This document shows, one piece after another, positions 38,637 to 47,562 of a stretch of DNA of 64,000 bases. The notes under the pieces were generated by a model that was not told the DNA's origin, ran no database searches, and saw only the letters and a list, made by a program, of their open reading frames with translations. Both the position numbers and the translations under genes were made by a program. This DNA is from an uncultured Aliarcobacter sp. (GTDB lineage Bacteria; Campylobacterota; Campylobacteria; Campylobacterales; Arcobacteraceae): assembly GCA_963677435.1 (NCBI GenBank), contig OY781945.1:1632001-1696000 (forward strand), given 5' to 3'. Every line of letters starts with the position of its first letter. Position 1 is the stretch's first letter.

Positions 38637-39785
38637 TTAAAGAAAATTTAATCTATTTTTTAACTCTTTAGATGCAAGTGCATAACCACCATTTGAACTA
38701 TCTACAAAGTGGATGTGTTTGCCATGTCTTTCAAAAATTAAACAGGTCATTAATGCTGAATCTGATTTATGTATTCCATAAACTAAATTCTTATTTTGAT
38801 ACTGTTTTTCTAAATACTCTTCAAGTTCTTTAGTTTGTATTTTTTTTGTTGAAACAACCATTCTAAGCATATCATCGAACTTTTCAGTATCAGTTGTTCT
38901 TAAGATTCTACTTTTATAATCACTCCATAATCCAATAGAGTATTTCATTAAAACTAGACCTAAAAAGTTTTCAAACATTAGTTTTAAAATTGTAAAGAAA
39001 TTAGATTTCTTATTTTTACTAAAAGCTGAAGCTTCCGTATTTAAAACTTTTGGATTAAAAGATAAATTTAATTGATTAGTTTGTTTTAAAGGATTTCTCT
39101 CTTTAAATGAACCTACTATTTGTTCGATTCTTTTTAAGCAATTTTGATAAATTTCATTTGAATTACTTTCATCTATACTTTTTACTAAAATAGAAATAGT
39201 CTCTTCTTTTGGTGTTTTAATATCTTCCCATCTACACTCTAAACCATCAAAATTAGGTAAATAATTGTTGAGTAAATCTTCTTTTATTTTAAATATTTCA
39301 TACTCATCTTTTAATAACTTTTCTGCAAGTTCTAAACCATTTCCTCTTATGATTGCTTGATTATGGTCTTTTGTTGTTTGAAATTTTGCTACTTCTATAA
39401 AAGAACCTCTTTTTTCTATCTCTTCTACGCTAATTATTCCAACTCTTAGATCTAAATCAAAAATTTCTTTTGCTTTTTTTGATGCTTCTAAAAGTACTTT
39501 TTTTGAATTTTCTAGTAACATTGGAGGAATTATTAAACTAGCTCCATCTCCTCCAAAAATATATGGAAAATCAAGTTCTCTATGGATATTTAAAATTCCA
39601 ATTATTGTAAGCGCAGCGATAAAATTTACCTGTTTATAATTTCCTTTTTCTATGGCTTTTGTGGAATCTTTAATATCTGAAACCAAAATCAACCAATCAT
39701 TTGGAACTCTTGAATAATTTTTATTATCCATGATTTTTGAAAAATCATTGATTGCTGGTATATTTGCATAAAATTTAGTATTCAT
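38637..39785 (-). CDS. DUF3095 family protein
   Basis: DW.I.VSDIKDST.AI..G.YKQVN, FGGDGA, GLECRW, KFDDMLRMV, MTCLIF, HIHFVD..GGY. Confidence 0.85.
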   Translation of the reverse strand: MNTKFYANIPAINDFSKIMDNKNYSRVPNDWLILVSDIKDSTKAIEKGNYKQVNFIAALTIIGILNIHRELDFPYIFGGDGASLIIPPMLLENSKKVLLEASKKAKEIFDLDLRVGIISVEEIEKRGSFIEVAKFQTTKDHNQAIIRGNGLELAEKLLKDEYEIFKIKEDLLNNYLPNFDGLECRWEDIKTPKEETISILVKSIDESNSNEIYQNCLKRIEQIVGSFKERNPLKQTNQLNLSFNPKVLNTEASAFSKNKKSNFFTILKLMFENFLGLVLMKYSIGLWSDYKSRILRTTDTEKFDDMLRMVVSTKKIQTKELEEYLEKQYQNKNLVYGIHKSDSALMTCLIFERHGKHIHFVDSSNGGYALASKELKNRLNFL

Positions 39786-39787
39786 TA

Positions 39788-40687
39788 TTAACCAATAATC
39801 TTAAATAACAAACCGGTTGTTATAAATGAAATAATTATTCCATATCCTACAATTGCAGTACTTAGTCTTGGAGCTAGTCCTGCCATTGAAGCAATTGCAC
39901 CTGCTGTTATCATAGGAGCCATTCCAGCTTCCATGATTGAGACAATTGAGGCTTGATTATTCCAATTAAATATTTTACAAATAATAAATGCAATAAGTGG
40001 AGCAATTATAAGTTTTACTATTAAAGCTACACTAAAAGGTTTTATCTCTTCTCTTGGAAGTCTTAATTGTAATTGAAGACCAACAGCAACAAGGGCAACA
40101 GGAACAATTGTACTTGCAAATGAACTTAACACTTTTGTAATTACTGGATTAAACTCAACACCAATTAAAAATAAAGCCACAATTAAAGATAAAAAAGGTG
40201 GAAAAGTAAGAACTTTTAGTGTCATGATTTTAAAGGTAATTTTGTTTTTATTTGAATAATATGAAGCGATAAATGTTCCATAAGTTGCAAGTGCTATAAA
40301 AGTTCCTAGTTGGTCATAAACCAAAACATAAGGCATTGCACTTTCACCCATGTATGCATTTATTATTGGAATCCCTAAAAATGAGCTATTTGTTAAAATT
40401 GATACAAGCATTAGTGAGCCTGTAATCTCTTTTGAAAAAGAGAAAATCTTTGATAAAACAAGTATCAAAATTGCACTAATAAACATAACAATCCAAGCCA
40501 CAATAATTGGAATAATCATATCTATTGAAAAACTAAGTTTTGGAATTTGCAATAATATCATCGCAGGAAGCGAGATATAAATTGCAAATTGATTTAAAAT
40601 TGTTGGAGCATCTTTTGAAAAGATATTTAATCTATTGATAATATAGCCAATTACAATAGCCAATAAAATTAATACAAAATTTTCCAT
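39788..40687 (-). CDS. AEC family transporter
   Basis: ISLPA, NSSFLGIP, VKLIIAP, EAGMAP. Confidence 0.88.
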   Translation of the reverse strand: MENFVLILLAIVIGYIINRLNIFSKDAPTILNQFAIYISLPAMILLQIPKLSFSIDMIIPIIVAWIVMFISAILILVLSKIFSFSKEITGSLMLVSILTNSSFLGIPIINAYMGESAMPYVLVYDQLGTFIALATYGTFIASYYSNKNKITFKIMTLKVLTFPPFLSLIVALFLIGVEFNPVITKVLSSFASTIVPVALVAVGLQLQLRLPREEIKPFSVALIVKLIIAPLIAFIICKIFNWNNQASIVSIMEAGMAPMITAGAIASMAGLAPRLSTAIVGYGIIISFITTGLLFKIIG

Positions 40688-40690
40688 ATA

Positions 40691-41062
40691 TTAGTCACAA
40701 AAAGTATTTTCACATTGATTATCAGAAGTTACTTTTCCAAACTCTTGAACATAATTAATTCCCCAATTATGCATCTCTTCTAAAACTGGTTTTAAATTTT
40801 CACCTGCTTTGGTTAGGCTATATACAACTTTTGGAGGAACTTCTGCATAAACTTCCCTATGAATAATATTTTTTTCTTCTAACTCTTTTAATTTTACTGT
40901 TAAAGTTTTTTGTGTAATCTCACAAATAATCTCATGTAAATCTTTGAATCTTTTTTCTCCATCAAGTAAATGCCAAATAATAGCTAATTTCCATCTATCA
41001 TTAAAAATATCCAAAGTTACAGCTACTGAACATTTATATTCTTTATCATTTATATAATACAT
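40691..41062 (-). CDS. HxlR/DUF24 family redox-sensing regulator
   Basis: YKCSV..TLDIF..RWK..IIWHL, ITQKTLT..LKELE, VPPKVVYSLT. Confidence 0.92.
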   Translation of the reverse strand: MYYINDKEYKCSVAVTLDIFNDRWKLAIIWHLLDGEKRFKDLHEIICEITQKTLTVKLKELEEKNIIHREVYAEVPPKVVYSLTKAGENLKPVLEEMHNWGINYVQEFGKVTSDNQCENTFCD

Positions 41063-41117
41063 AATAGTTTCCTTTTAAATTCAAAGGTAATTATAACATA
41101 AAGAAAATTAATTTCCA

Positions 41118-41139
41118 TTACTTACCTAAAGTAAAGTAA
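41118..41139. promoter_or_regulatory. Putative HxlR operator
   Basis: Imperfect inverted repeat TTACTTAC-CTAAA-GTAAAGTAA in the divergent promoter region. Confidence 0.5.
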
Positions 41140-41193
41140 GAGTAAATTAAGTTTATTAGCTATATAATTTTCAAATAAATTATAGGAGTAAAT

Positions 41194-41775
41194 ATGAAAA
41201 AAGTATTAATAATAAATGGTCATCAGCATTATGCTGTAGTAGCAGAAGGTAATTTAACTAATAGTTTTATAAATAAAGCAGATGAATTTTTCCTAAAAAA
41301 TGGTTTTGAAGTAAAACATACAAATATTGAAAAAGGTTATGACATAGAAGAAGAATGTCAAAAATTTGAATGGGCTGATTATGTTTTATTTCAATATCCT
41401 GTTTATTGGATGAGTGTACCTTGGATTGCAAAAAAATATATAGATGAAACATTTACTCAAGGTAGACACTATTCAAGTGATGGAAGAAGTAGAGAAGATG
41501 CTTCAAAATTATATGGAAGTGGTGGATTATTAAAAGGTAAAAAATATATGTTATCTTTAACATACAATTGTCCTGAATCTGCATTTAATAATAAAAATAG
41601 TTTATTTGATGGATTATCTTTAGATGAAGCTCATGTTGCTGTTCATAAAACATTCCAATTTTGTGGATTAGAACCCCTTGAAACTTATGCTGTACATGAC
41701 ATTTTCAAAGGTGATTTAAACTTAGATTTAGAACTAGAAAAGTTTGAAAAAGTATTAACTAAAAACTTTTTATAA
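41194..41775 (+). CDS. NAD(P)H:quinone oxidoreductase, flavodoxin-like (MdaB family)
   Basis: IINGH, QYPVYWM.VPW..KKYIDE, DGRSR....YGSGGLL.GKKYMLSLTYN. Confidence 0.9.
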   Translation: MKKVLIINGHQHYAVVAEGNLTNSFINKADEFFLKNGFEVKHTNIEKGYDIEEECQKFEWADYVLFQYPVYWMSVPWIAKKYIDETFTQGRHYSSDGRSREDASKLYGSGGLLKGKKYMLSLTYNCPESAFNNKNSLFDGLSLDEAHVAVHKTFQFCGLEPLETYAVHDIFKGDLNLDLELEKFEKVLTKNFL

Positions 41776-41792
41776 AATATGAAGGAGTAGTT

Positions 41793-42542
41793 ATGAATGA
41801 GATAATTAGGCAACTTAGTTCAAGAAAATCAATAAGACAGTTTACAGGTGAAAGTGTAAGTGATGAAGACCTTGAACTTATTATAAAAACAGCACAAAGA
41901 TGTCCAACTTCTATCAATGGACAACAAATATCTTTGGTCTATACAAGAGATAAAGATAAGATAAAACAAATAGCAGAACTTTGTGGTGGACAACAACAAG
42001 TGGCAACAGCTGATGTTTTTATTTTTATATGTGTTGATTTCAATAGAACTATTTTTGCAGTAGAACAAGCAGGAGAAGAACATCAAATAGATAAATCAGC
42101 TGAGGGTGTACTTGTAGGTGCAGTTGATGCTGGAATTATGTTAAATGCTATACAAATCTCAGCAGAATCACTTGGGTATGGAACAACTGCAATTGGAGCA
42201 GTAAGAAATGAACCAGCTGCTATGATTGAGTTGTTAGGACTTCCTCCAAAAACATTTCCAATTGTTGGAACTACTATTGGAGTACCTACAAAAGAAGCAA
42301 AAGATGCCCCACTTAAACCAAGAATGCCAATTGAGAGTTTTGCCTTTGAAGATAAATATGATGACAAAAAAGTAAAAGATGGTGTTTTATTATATGAAAA
42401 ACAGATGAAAAAATTCAGAGTTGATCATAATATGAACTATTTACAATCTTATTGTGAACAAACAGCAAACTATTATAAAAATATATATTTTAGAAAAATC
42501 GAAGAAAACTATACAAAACAAGGTTTTGTTTTTAAAGACTAA
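41793..42542 (+). CDS. Nitroreductase (NfsA/FRP-like)
   Basis: RKSIRQF, PTSINGQQ, GAVDAG, AESLGYG...IGAVRN, KPRMP. Confidence 0.9.
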   Translation: MNEIIRQLSSRKSIRQFTGESVSDEDLELIIKTAQRCPTSINGQQISLVYTRDKDKIKQIAELCGGQQQVATADVFIFICVDFNRTIFAVEQAGEEHQIDKSAEGVLVGAVDAGIMLNAIQISAESLGYGTTAIGAVRNEPAAMIELLGLPPKTFPIVGTTIGVPTKEAKDAPLKPRMPIESFAFEDKYDDKKVKDGVLLYEKQMKKFRVDHNMNYLQSYCEQTANYYKNIYFRKIEENYTKQGFVFKD

Positions 42543-42554
42543 AAAGGAAATATC

Positions 42555-42851
42555 ATGAAAAATATAGTAATCGTAGCAACAGTTAAAGTAAAAGATGAAT
42601 TTAAAGATGAAGTTTATAATGAACTTTTAAAATTACATGAAGCAACTCATAAACATGATGAGGGTTGTATTCAGTACGATTTACATAAAAACTTAGATGA
42701 TGAAAATAGTTTTACTTTTGTAGAAACTTGGCAAAATTCAAAACTTTTGGATGAGCATATGAAAAAAGAGCATTTTTTACAATTTGCTCAATTTGTAGAT
42801 GGTAAATTAGAAAGTATGGATATACAAAAATTAGAAAAAGTAGAAGCTTAA
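42555..42851 (+). CDS. Putative quinol monooxygenase (ABM domain)
   Basis: DEGCIQYDLH, FVETW....LDEH...HF. Confidence 0.88.
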   Translation: MKNIVIVATVKVKDEFKDEVYNELLKLHEATHKHDEGCIQYDLHKNLDDENSFTFVETWQNSKLLDEHMKKEHFLQFAQFVDGKLESMDIQKLEKVEA

Positions 42852-42852
42852 T

Positions 42853-43155
42853 ATGATTATTGCAATTGTAAAAGCAAAAATAAAAAATAATAAACATGAT
42901 GAGCTAAGAAAAATAGCAAATATTTTGCAGTATGAATATGCAGTAAAAGAAGAAGGCTGTGAACAATATGAATCATTTATTGATGGTGATACTTTTATTA
43001 CCATTGAAAGATGGAGTTCTCAAAAATTACTTGATTTGCACCTTGAATCTGAGCATGTAAAAGTTTATGTACCTAAATTAAGAGAGTGTGTAGTTGATGA
43101 AACATTTGATGTGCAATTTATAAAAAGTGATGATGTTTCTTTCGTAAAAATATAA
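42853..43155 (+). CDS. Putative quinol monooxygenase (ABM domain)
   Basis: EEGCEQY, IERWSS...LDLH..SEH. Confidence 0.85.
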   Translation: MIIAIVKAKIKNNKHDELRKIANILQYEYAVKEEGCEQYESFIDGDTFITIERWSSQKLLDLHLESEHVKVYVPKLRECVVDETFDVQFIKSDDVSFVKI

Positions 43156-43174
43156 AAAGATTTAAAGGAAATTT

Positions 43175-44203
43175 ATGAATTTACTATTTACAGAAGGACA
43201 AATAGGGAATTTGAAACTTAAAAATAGAATTGTTATGCCTCCTATGTGCATGTATGCTAGTGATAATAGTGGTGAACTAAAAACTTTTCATAAAGGACAT
43301 TATTTAGCAAGAGCCATTGGTGGTGTTGGTTTTATTATTGTTGAAGCAACAGCTATTGAGCCAAGAGGAAGAATATCTGCTAATGATTTGGGACTTTGGG
43401 ATGATTCTTTAATTGATGCTCATAAAAAACTAAATGAACAAATGCATTCTTTTGGAGCAAAAACTGCTATTCAAATTGCCCATGCTGGTAGAAAATGTAA
43501 TGTTGAAGATGAAACTCCAATTGCACCAAGTGCAATTGCCTTTAGTGATAATAAACCTTTTAAAATGCCAAAAGCTGCAACAATAGAAGATATAAAAAAT
43601 ATAAAAGAATTATTTGTTAAAACTGCACTTAGAGCAAAAGAAGCTGATTATGATGCAATCGAACTTCATGGTGCACATGGGTACTTTTTATGTGAATTTT
43701 TATCACCACTTTCTAATCATAGAGATGATATTTATGGTGGAAGTTTAGAAAATAGATGTAGATTACTTTTAGAAACAGCAAAAGAACTTAAAGAAAAAGT
43801 TAATTTGCCTTTGATTGTAAGAATTAGTGCTGATGAATGGATGAATGAAGGTTGGAATATAGCTGATTCAATTTATCTATCAAAAGAACTTGAAAAAGTT
43901 GGAGTTGATTCTATCCATGTTTCATCTGGTGGAAATCAAGAAAAACCAAACAAACCAATAGAATTAAAACCTATGTATCAAGCTGATTTTGCAAAAGAGA
44001 TAAAAAAAGAGGTAAATATTCCTGTAATTGCTGTTGGATTAATCACAACTGCAAAGCAAGGTGAGAAACTTTTAGAAGAAAAGTATTGTGATTTTGTAGC
44101 ATATGGAAGAGAATTATTGCGTTCACCTAATCTTGTATTTATAGCAGCAAATGAATTTAATCAAAAAGAATTGATAATTCCTTCATATTCAAGAGCTTTT
44201 TAA
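43175..44203 (+). CDS. NADH:flavin oxidoreductase, old yellow enzyme (NamA/YqjM-like)
   Basis: KNRIVMPPMCMY, IQIAHAGRK, ELHGAHGY, R.D.YGGSLENR, GRELLRSP. Confidence 0.93.
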   Translation: MNLLFTEGQIGNLKLKNRIVMPPMCMYASDNSGELKTFHKGHYLARAIGGVGFIIVEATAIEPRGRISANDLGLWDDSLIDAHKKLNEQMHSFGAKTAIQIAHAGRKCNVEDETPIAPSAIAFSDNKPFKMPKAATIEDIKNIKELFVKTALRAKEADYDAIELHGAHGYFLCEFLSPLSNHRDDIYGGSLENRCRLLLETAKELKEKVNLPLIVRISADEWMNEGWNIADSIYLSKELEKVGVDSIHVSSGGNQEKPNKPIELKPMYQADFAKEIKKEVNIPVIAVGLITTAKQGEKLLEEKYCDFVAYGRELLRSPNLVFIAANEFNQKELIIPSYSRAF

Positions 44204-45126
44204 TGCACAAAGAAGAGAATAAAACTAAATACTTTATTGGTATGTTAATAGCAATGTTACTTTGGGGAGTTGCTTGGACTTCGGGAAAAGCAGCAGTTGA
44301 GCACTCAAATATACAAGTAGCTTCATTTTGGAGATATACGATTTCTTTTATAGGAATGATACCTGTTATGATTTATATGAAAAGATCTTTGAAAACAGAC
44401 CTTATTGGGTATATTTATATGCTTTTAGCTGGATTATTAAGTGCAGCATTTAGTTACTTGTTTTTTGCAGGACTTGCCCATGGACAAGCAGGATATGGAG
44501 GAACTATGGTTACATCATTAGTTCCATTAATTACATATTTTTTATCTATGATTATTTTTAGTACAAAAGTATCTACAAAACAGATACTTGCTTTAGGTAT
44601 TGGTATATTTGGGGCTATAATTTTACTAAAAATACCTATGGAAGGAATGGGATTTCTAAATCTTAACAGTATATATTTTTTAGTATGTGCAGTTGTTTGG
44701 TCCTTTGTTACTATACTAACTCAAAAAGTTTCACACAGAGTTGACCTAATGTTTTATACCTTAGTAATTTTTGGTGTAACAGCATTTACAAATATGATAT
44801 TTGCCTTACCACATCATCCTTTTGAAATAGGATTATATGACTCTATATTTTGGTGGAATATTTTATTTGTAGGATTATTATCAGGAACATTTGCAATGAC
44901 AATATTTTTTGCAAGTGCTAGTAGAATAGGGGCTCACAATACTGGTGTATTTATGTTTATTGTTCCAATTGGAGCAATAGTATCAAGTTATTTTGCCTAT
45001 GGCGAAAAAATTGCTCTATCTACAATTATTGGTTGTTTACTCTCTTTAATAGCAGTTATTTTGTTTAATAAAAAGAGTAAAGTAGAAAAACTTAAACTTC
45101 AAGAAACAAAATTAGGAATACAATGA
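44203..45126 (+). CDS. DMT/EamA family transporter
   Basis: About 10 TM segments; LLWG..W...K and FWRY pattern. Confidence 0.87.
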   Translation: MHKEENKTKYFIGMLIAMLLWGVAWTSGKAAVEHSNIQVASFWRYTISFIGMIPVMIYMKRSLKTDLIGYIYMLLAGLLSAAFSYLFFAGLAHGQAGYGGTMVTSLVPLITYFLSMIIFSTKVSTKQILALGIGIFGAIILLKIPMEGMGFLNLNSIYFLVCAVVWSFVTILTQKVSHRVDLMFYTLVIFGVTAFTNMIFALPHHPFEIGLYDSIFWWNILFVGLLSGTFAMTIFFASASRIGAHNTGVFMFIVPIGAIVSSYFAYGEKIALSTIIGCLLSLIAVILFNKKSKVEKLKLQETKLGIQ

Positions 45127-45689
45127 AAAATGTTTATATAATACATGGTTATGGAGCATCACCAGTACATCACTGGTTTCCTTGGTTAAAAAAAAAAGAA
45201 TTAGAAAAAGAAAATGTTAAGGTGGTGATTTTAGACTTACCAACACCTAGCTCTCCAAATTCAATTGAATGGAGTAATGCCTTAGAAGAACAAATAAAAT
45301 TAATTGATGAAAATTCATATTTTATTGCTCATAGTTTAGGCTGTATTACTCTTCTTAAATTTTTGGAAGCTTTACCCAACACTACAAAAATAGGTGGATA
45401 TATTCTTGTATCAGGATTTAATGAATCACTTCCCATTTTAAAAGAGTTAGATACTTTTTTAAAACCAGATATAGAATATGTAAAATTAAAAAATATAAGT
45501 TCAAATAGAGTTGTCATTAGTGCAAAAGATGATTCAATTGTATCTTTTAATTTAAGTAATAATTTATCAAATTCCCTGGATGCAAGATTTTTATGTCAGG
45601 AAAAAGGAGGCCATTTTTTAGAAAGTGATGGATTTAAAGAGTTCCCTTTAGTTCTAGAGGAATTTAATAATTTTTTTATCAATTGTTAA
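45123..45689 (+). CDS. RBBP9/YdeN family alpha/beta hydrolase
   Basis: IIHGYGAS..HWFPWL, AHSLG, SAKDD.IV, GGHF. Confidence 0.9.
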   Translation: MKNVYIIHGYGASPVHHWFPWLKKKELEKENVKVVILDLPTPSSPNSIEWSNALEEQIKLIDENSYFIAHSLGCITLLKFLEALPNTTKIGGYILVSGFNESLPILKELDTFLKPDIEYVKLKNISSNRVVISAKDDSIVSFNLSNNLSNSLDARFLCQEKGGHFLESDGFKEFPLVLEEFNNFFINC

Positions 45690-45751
45690 AAAAATTGAAG
45701 GTAGACTAACATCTTTTATGATGTAAAAAATTAATTTAAAAGGAAAAAAAT

Positions 45752-46381
45752 ATGGAAAAAACATTTGCAGAAGCTATGGATTTTAGACACGCGTGTAAAA
45801 TTTTTGATGAGACAAAAAAAATAAGTGATGAGGATATGCACTTTATACTTGAAGCAGGAAGAAAATCACCATCTTCTTTTGGTATGGAAGCATGGAAGTT
45901 TTTAGTTATTACAAACGAAGAGTTAAAAGCAAAACTTAGACCTGCTTGTTGGGATCAAGTTCAAATTACATCTTGTTCTCATTTAGTAATTGTATTAGCA
46001 GGAATTGAAGGTGTAAAACCAGAAAGTGGAATCCCAGAAAAAAGATTTGCAAGAAGAGATATGCCTAAAGAAAAATTAGATTTTTATTTAGGATTATATG
46101 CAGGACATTTAAAAGATACTTTAAGTAGTGATGAAAATATTTTAGCATGGACAGCAAAACAAACAGCATTTGCTGCAGGAAATATGATGACAGCAGCAGC
46201 TATTAAAGGAATAGATTCTTGTCCAGTTGAAGGATTTGATAAAGAAAAAGTTGAAGAGATTTTAGCTTTAGATACTAAAAAATATCAATTGTCTTTAGTG
46301 TTACCTTTTGGTTATAGATTAAATGAACAATCATCTCAATTAAGAGAAAAATTCGAAGATATTGTTGAATTTATCAAATAA
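45752..46381 (+). CDS. Nitroreductase (NfsB-like)
   Basis: FRHACKIFD, SPSSFGMEAWKF, GIDSCPVEGF, FGYR. Confidence 0.92.
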   Translation: MEKTFAEAMDFRHACKIFDETKKISDEDMHFILEAGRKSPSSFGMEAWKFLVITNEELKAKLRPACWDQVQITSCSHLVIVLAGIEGVKPESGIPEKRFARRDMPKEKLDFYLGLYAGHLKDTLSSDENILAWTAKQTAFAAGNMMTAAAIKGIDSCPVEGFDKEKVEEILALDTKKYQLSLVLPFGYRLNEQSSQLREKFEDIVEFIK

Positions 46382-46681
46382 AAATAATAAAGAGAAATAT
46401 CTAAAAAGGTATTTTTCTTTTATATAAAATAAAAAATATTTAATTATTATAAGTAGTATTATTTAATTTAGAATGATTTATCAAAATAACTATTGAATAT
46501 TTATTTAATAATAAAAATAATTATTATACTGTCCTAAAAATCATACTTATTATAACTTTTAATATAAAATTGAGTTTTTTTACAAAATTTTATAACTTTT
46601 TTTAACAATTATCAAAATGATACTATTTACATACCATTTAATTATAAAATTACAATGAAAACATTTTTTAGGAGATTTTAT

Positions 46682-47371
46682 ATGAATAGTATTTCAGAAG
46701 ATACAATAAATAATAATAGTAATTCTATTTTAGTAATTAGTGAAGATATAGACTGTATGGATATATTAAAGAAAGGTTTAATTAATAAATATGAAATTTC
46801 TTATTTTAATAATAACAAATTTCATTTATTAAATGAGGAGATTAATAATTATAATTTGATAATTTTTGATAATAGTACAAAAGAATTAAAGAAATTTATT
46901 GAAGATTTAAAACTTGCAAAATCATATAACTTTAATATTCCTATGCTTTTATTAGAAGATGGAAACTATGAAGAGACTTCAGTTTATAAATACTGTAATG
47001 TCTACACAATTTTTGATAAAAAAATTGATGAAAATTTTTTATTTTTAAATATTGATATTGCATTAGGATTTTTATATTCAAATAAAAAAGTTCAATTTGA
47101 AAACGGATTTTACTTTGATACAATAAGTGAAACTTTATATCAAGGTAAAAAGATAATTAAATTAACAAAAATTGAGAAAAAATTAGTTAATTTACTTGCT
47201 TCAAATCCAAATACTTTAGTAACTTATGAAGATATATCAGCAACAGTATGGAAAGGTAAAGAATTTTCTATATATTCTTTAAGAAATGTTATTAAACACA
47301 TTAGAGAAAAAACAGAAGAAGCATTTATTAAAAACTCGTCAAATAGAGGTTATATTATTAATACACTTTGA
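46682..47371 (+). CDS. OmpR-type winged-helix regulator with a degenerate receiver domain
   Basis: C-terminal LTKIEKKLVNLL...VTYEDI...VW...SLRNVIKHIREK...NRGY; start probably the ATG at 46682 after AGGAG. Confidence 0.8.
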   Translation: MNSISEDTINNNSNSILVISEDIDCMDILKKGLINKYEISYFNNNKFHLLNEEINNYNLIIFDNSTKELKKFIEDLKLAKSYNFNIPMLLLEDGNYEETSVYKYCNVYTIFDKKIDENFLFLNIDIALGFLYSNKKVQFENGFYFDTISETLYQGKKIIKLTKIEKKLVNLLASNPNTLVTYEDISATVWKGKEFSIYSLRNVIKHIREKTEEAFIKNSSNRGYIINTL

Positions 47372-47392
47372 TGATTTTTTAAATCATCAAAG
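47366..47392 (+). terminator. Inverted repeat at the gene end, probable terminator
   Basis: CTTTGATGATTT-TTT-AAATCATCAAAG. Confidence 0.55.
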
Positions 47393-47562
47393 CCTAAATT
47401 CAAAAAAACTACAAAACTTACACCTCTATCAAAAATATCAATTCCAAATATTAAAATTTACATAAATAACTAATTATAAGTCAAAATATTATTTTGAAAA
47501 TTTATTAAAATAATACTATAATAAAATTTATTATTATTTTATGAATTAATAAAGAGAGCGCA

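Noticed and set aside
45188..45197. A10 tract in the YdeN gene and T9 in the MBOAT gene as phase-variation sites
   Set aside because: Both genes are in frame and such runs are expected at this AT content; no poly-G/C tracts were seen.
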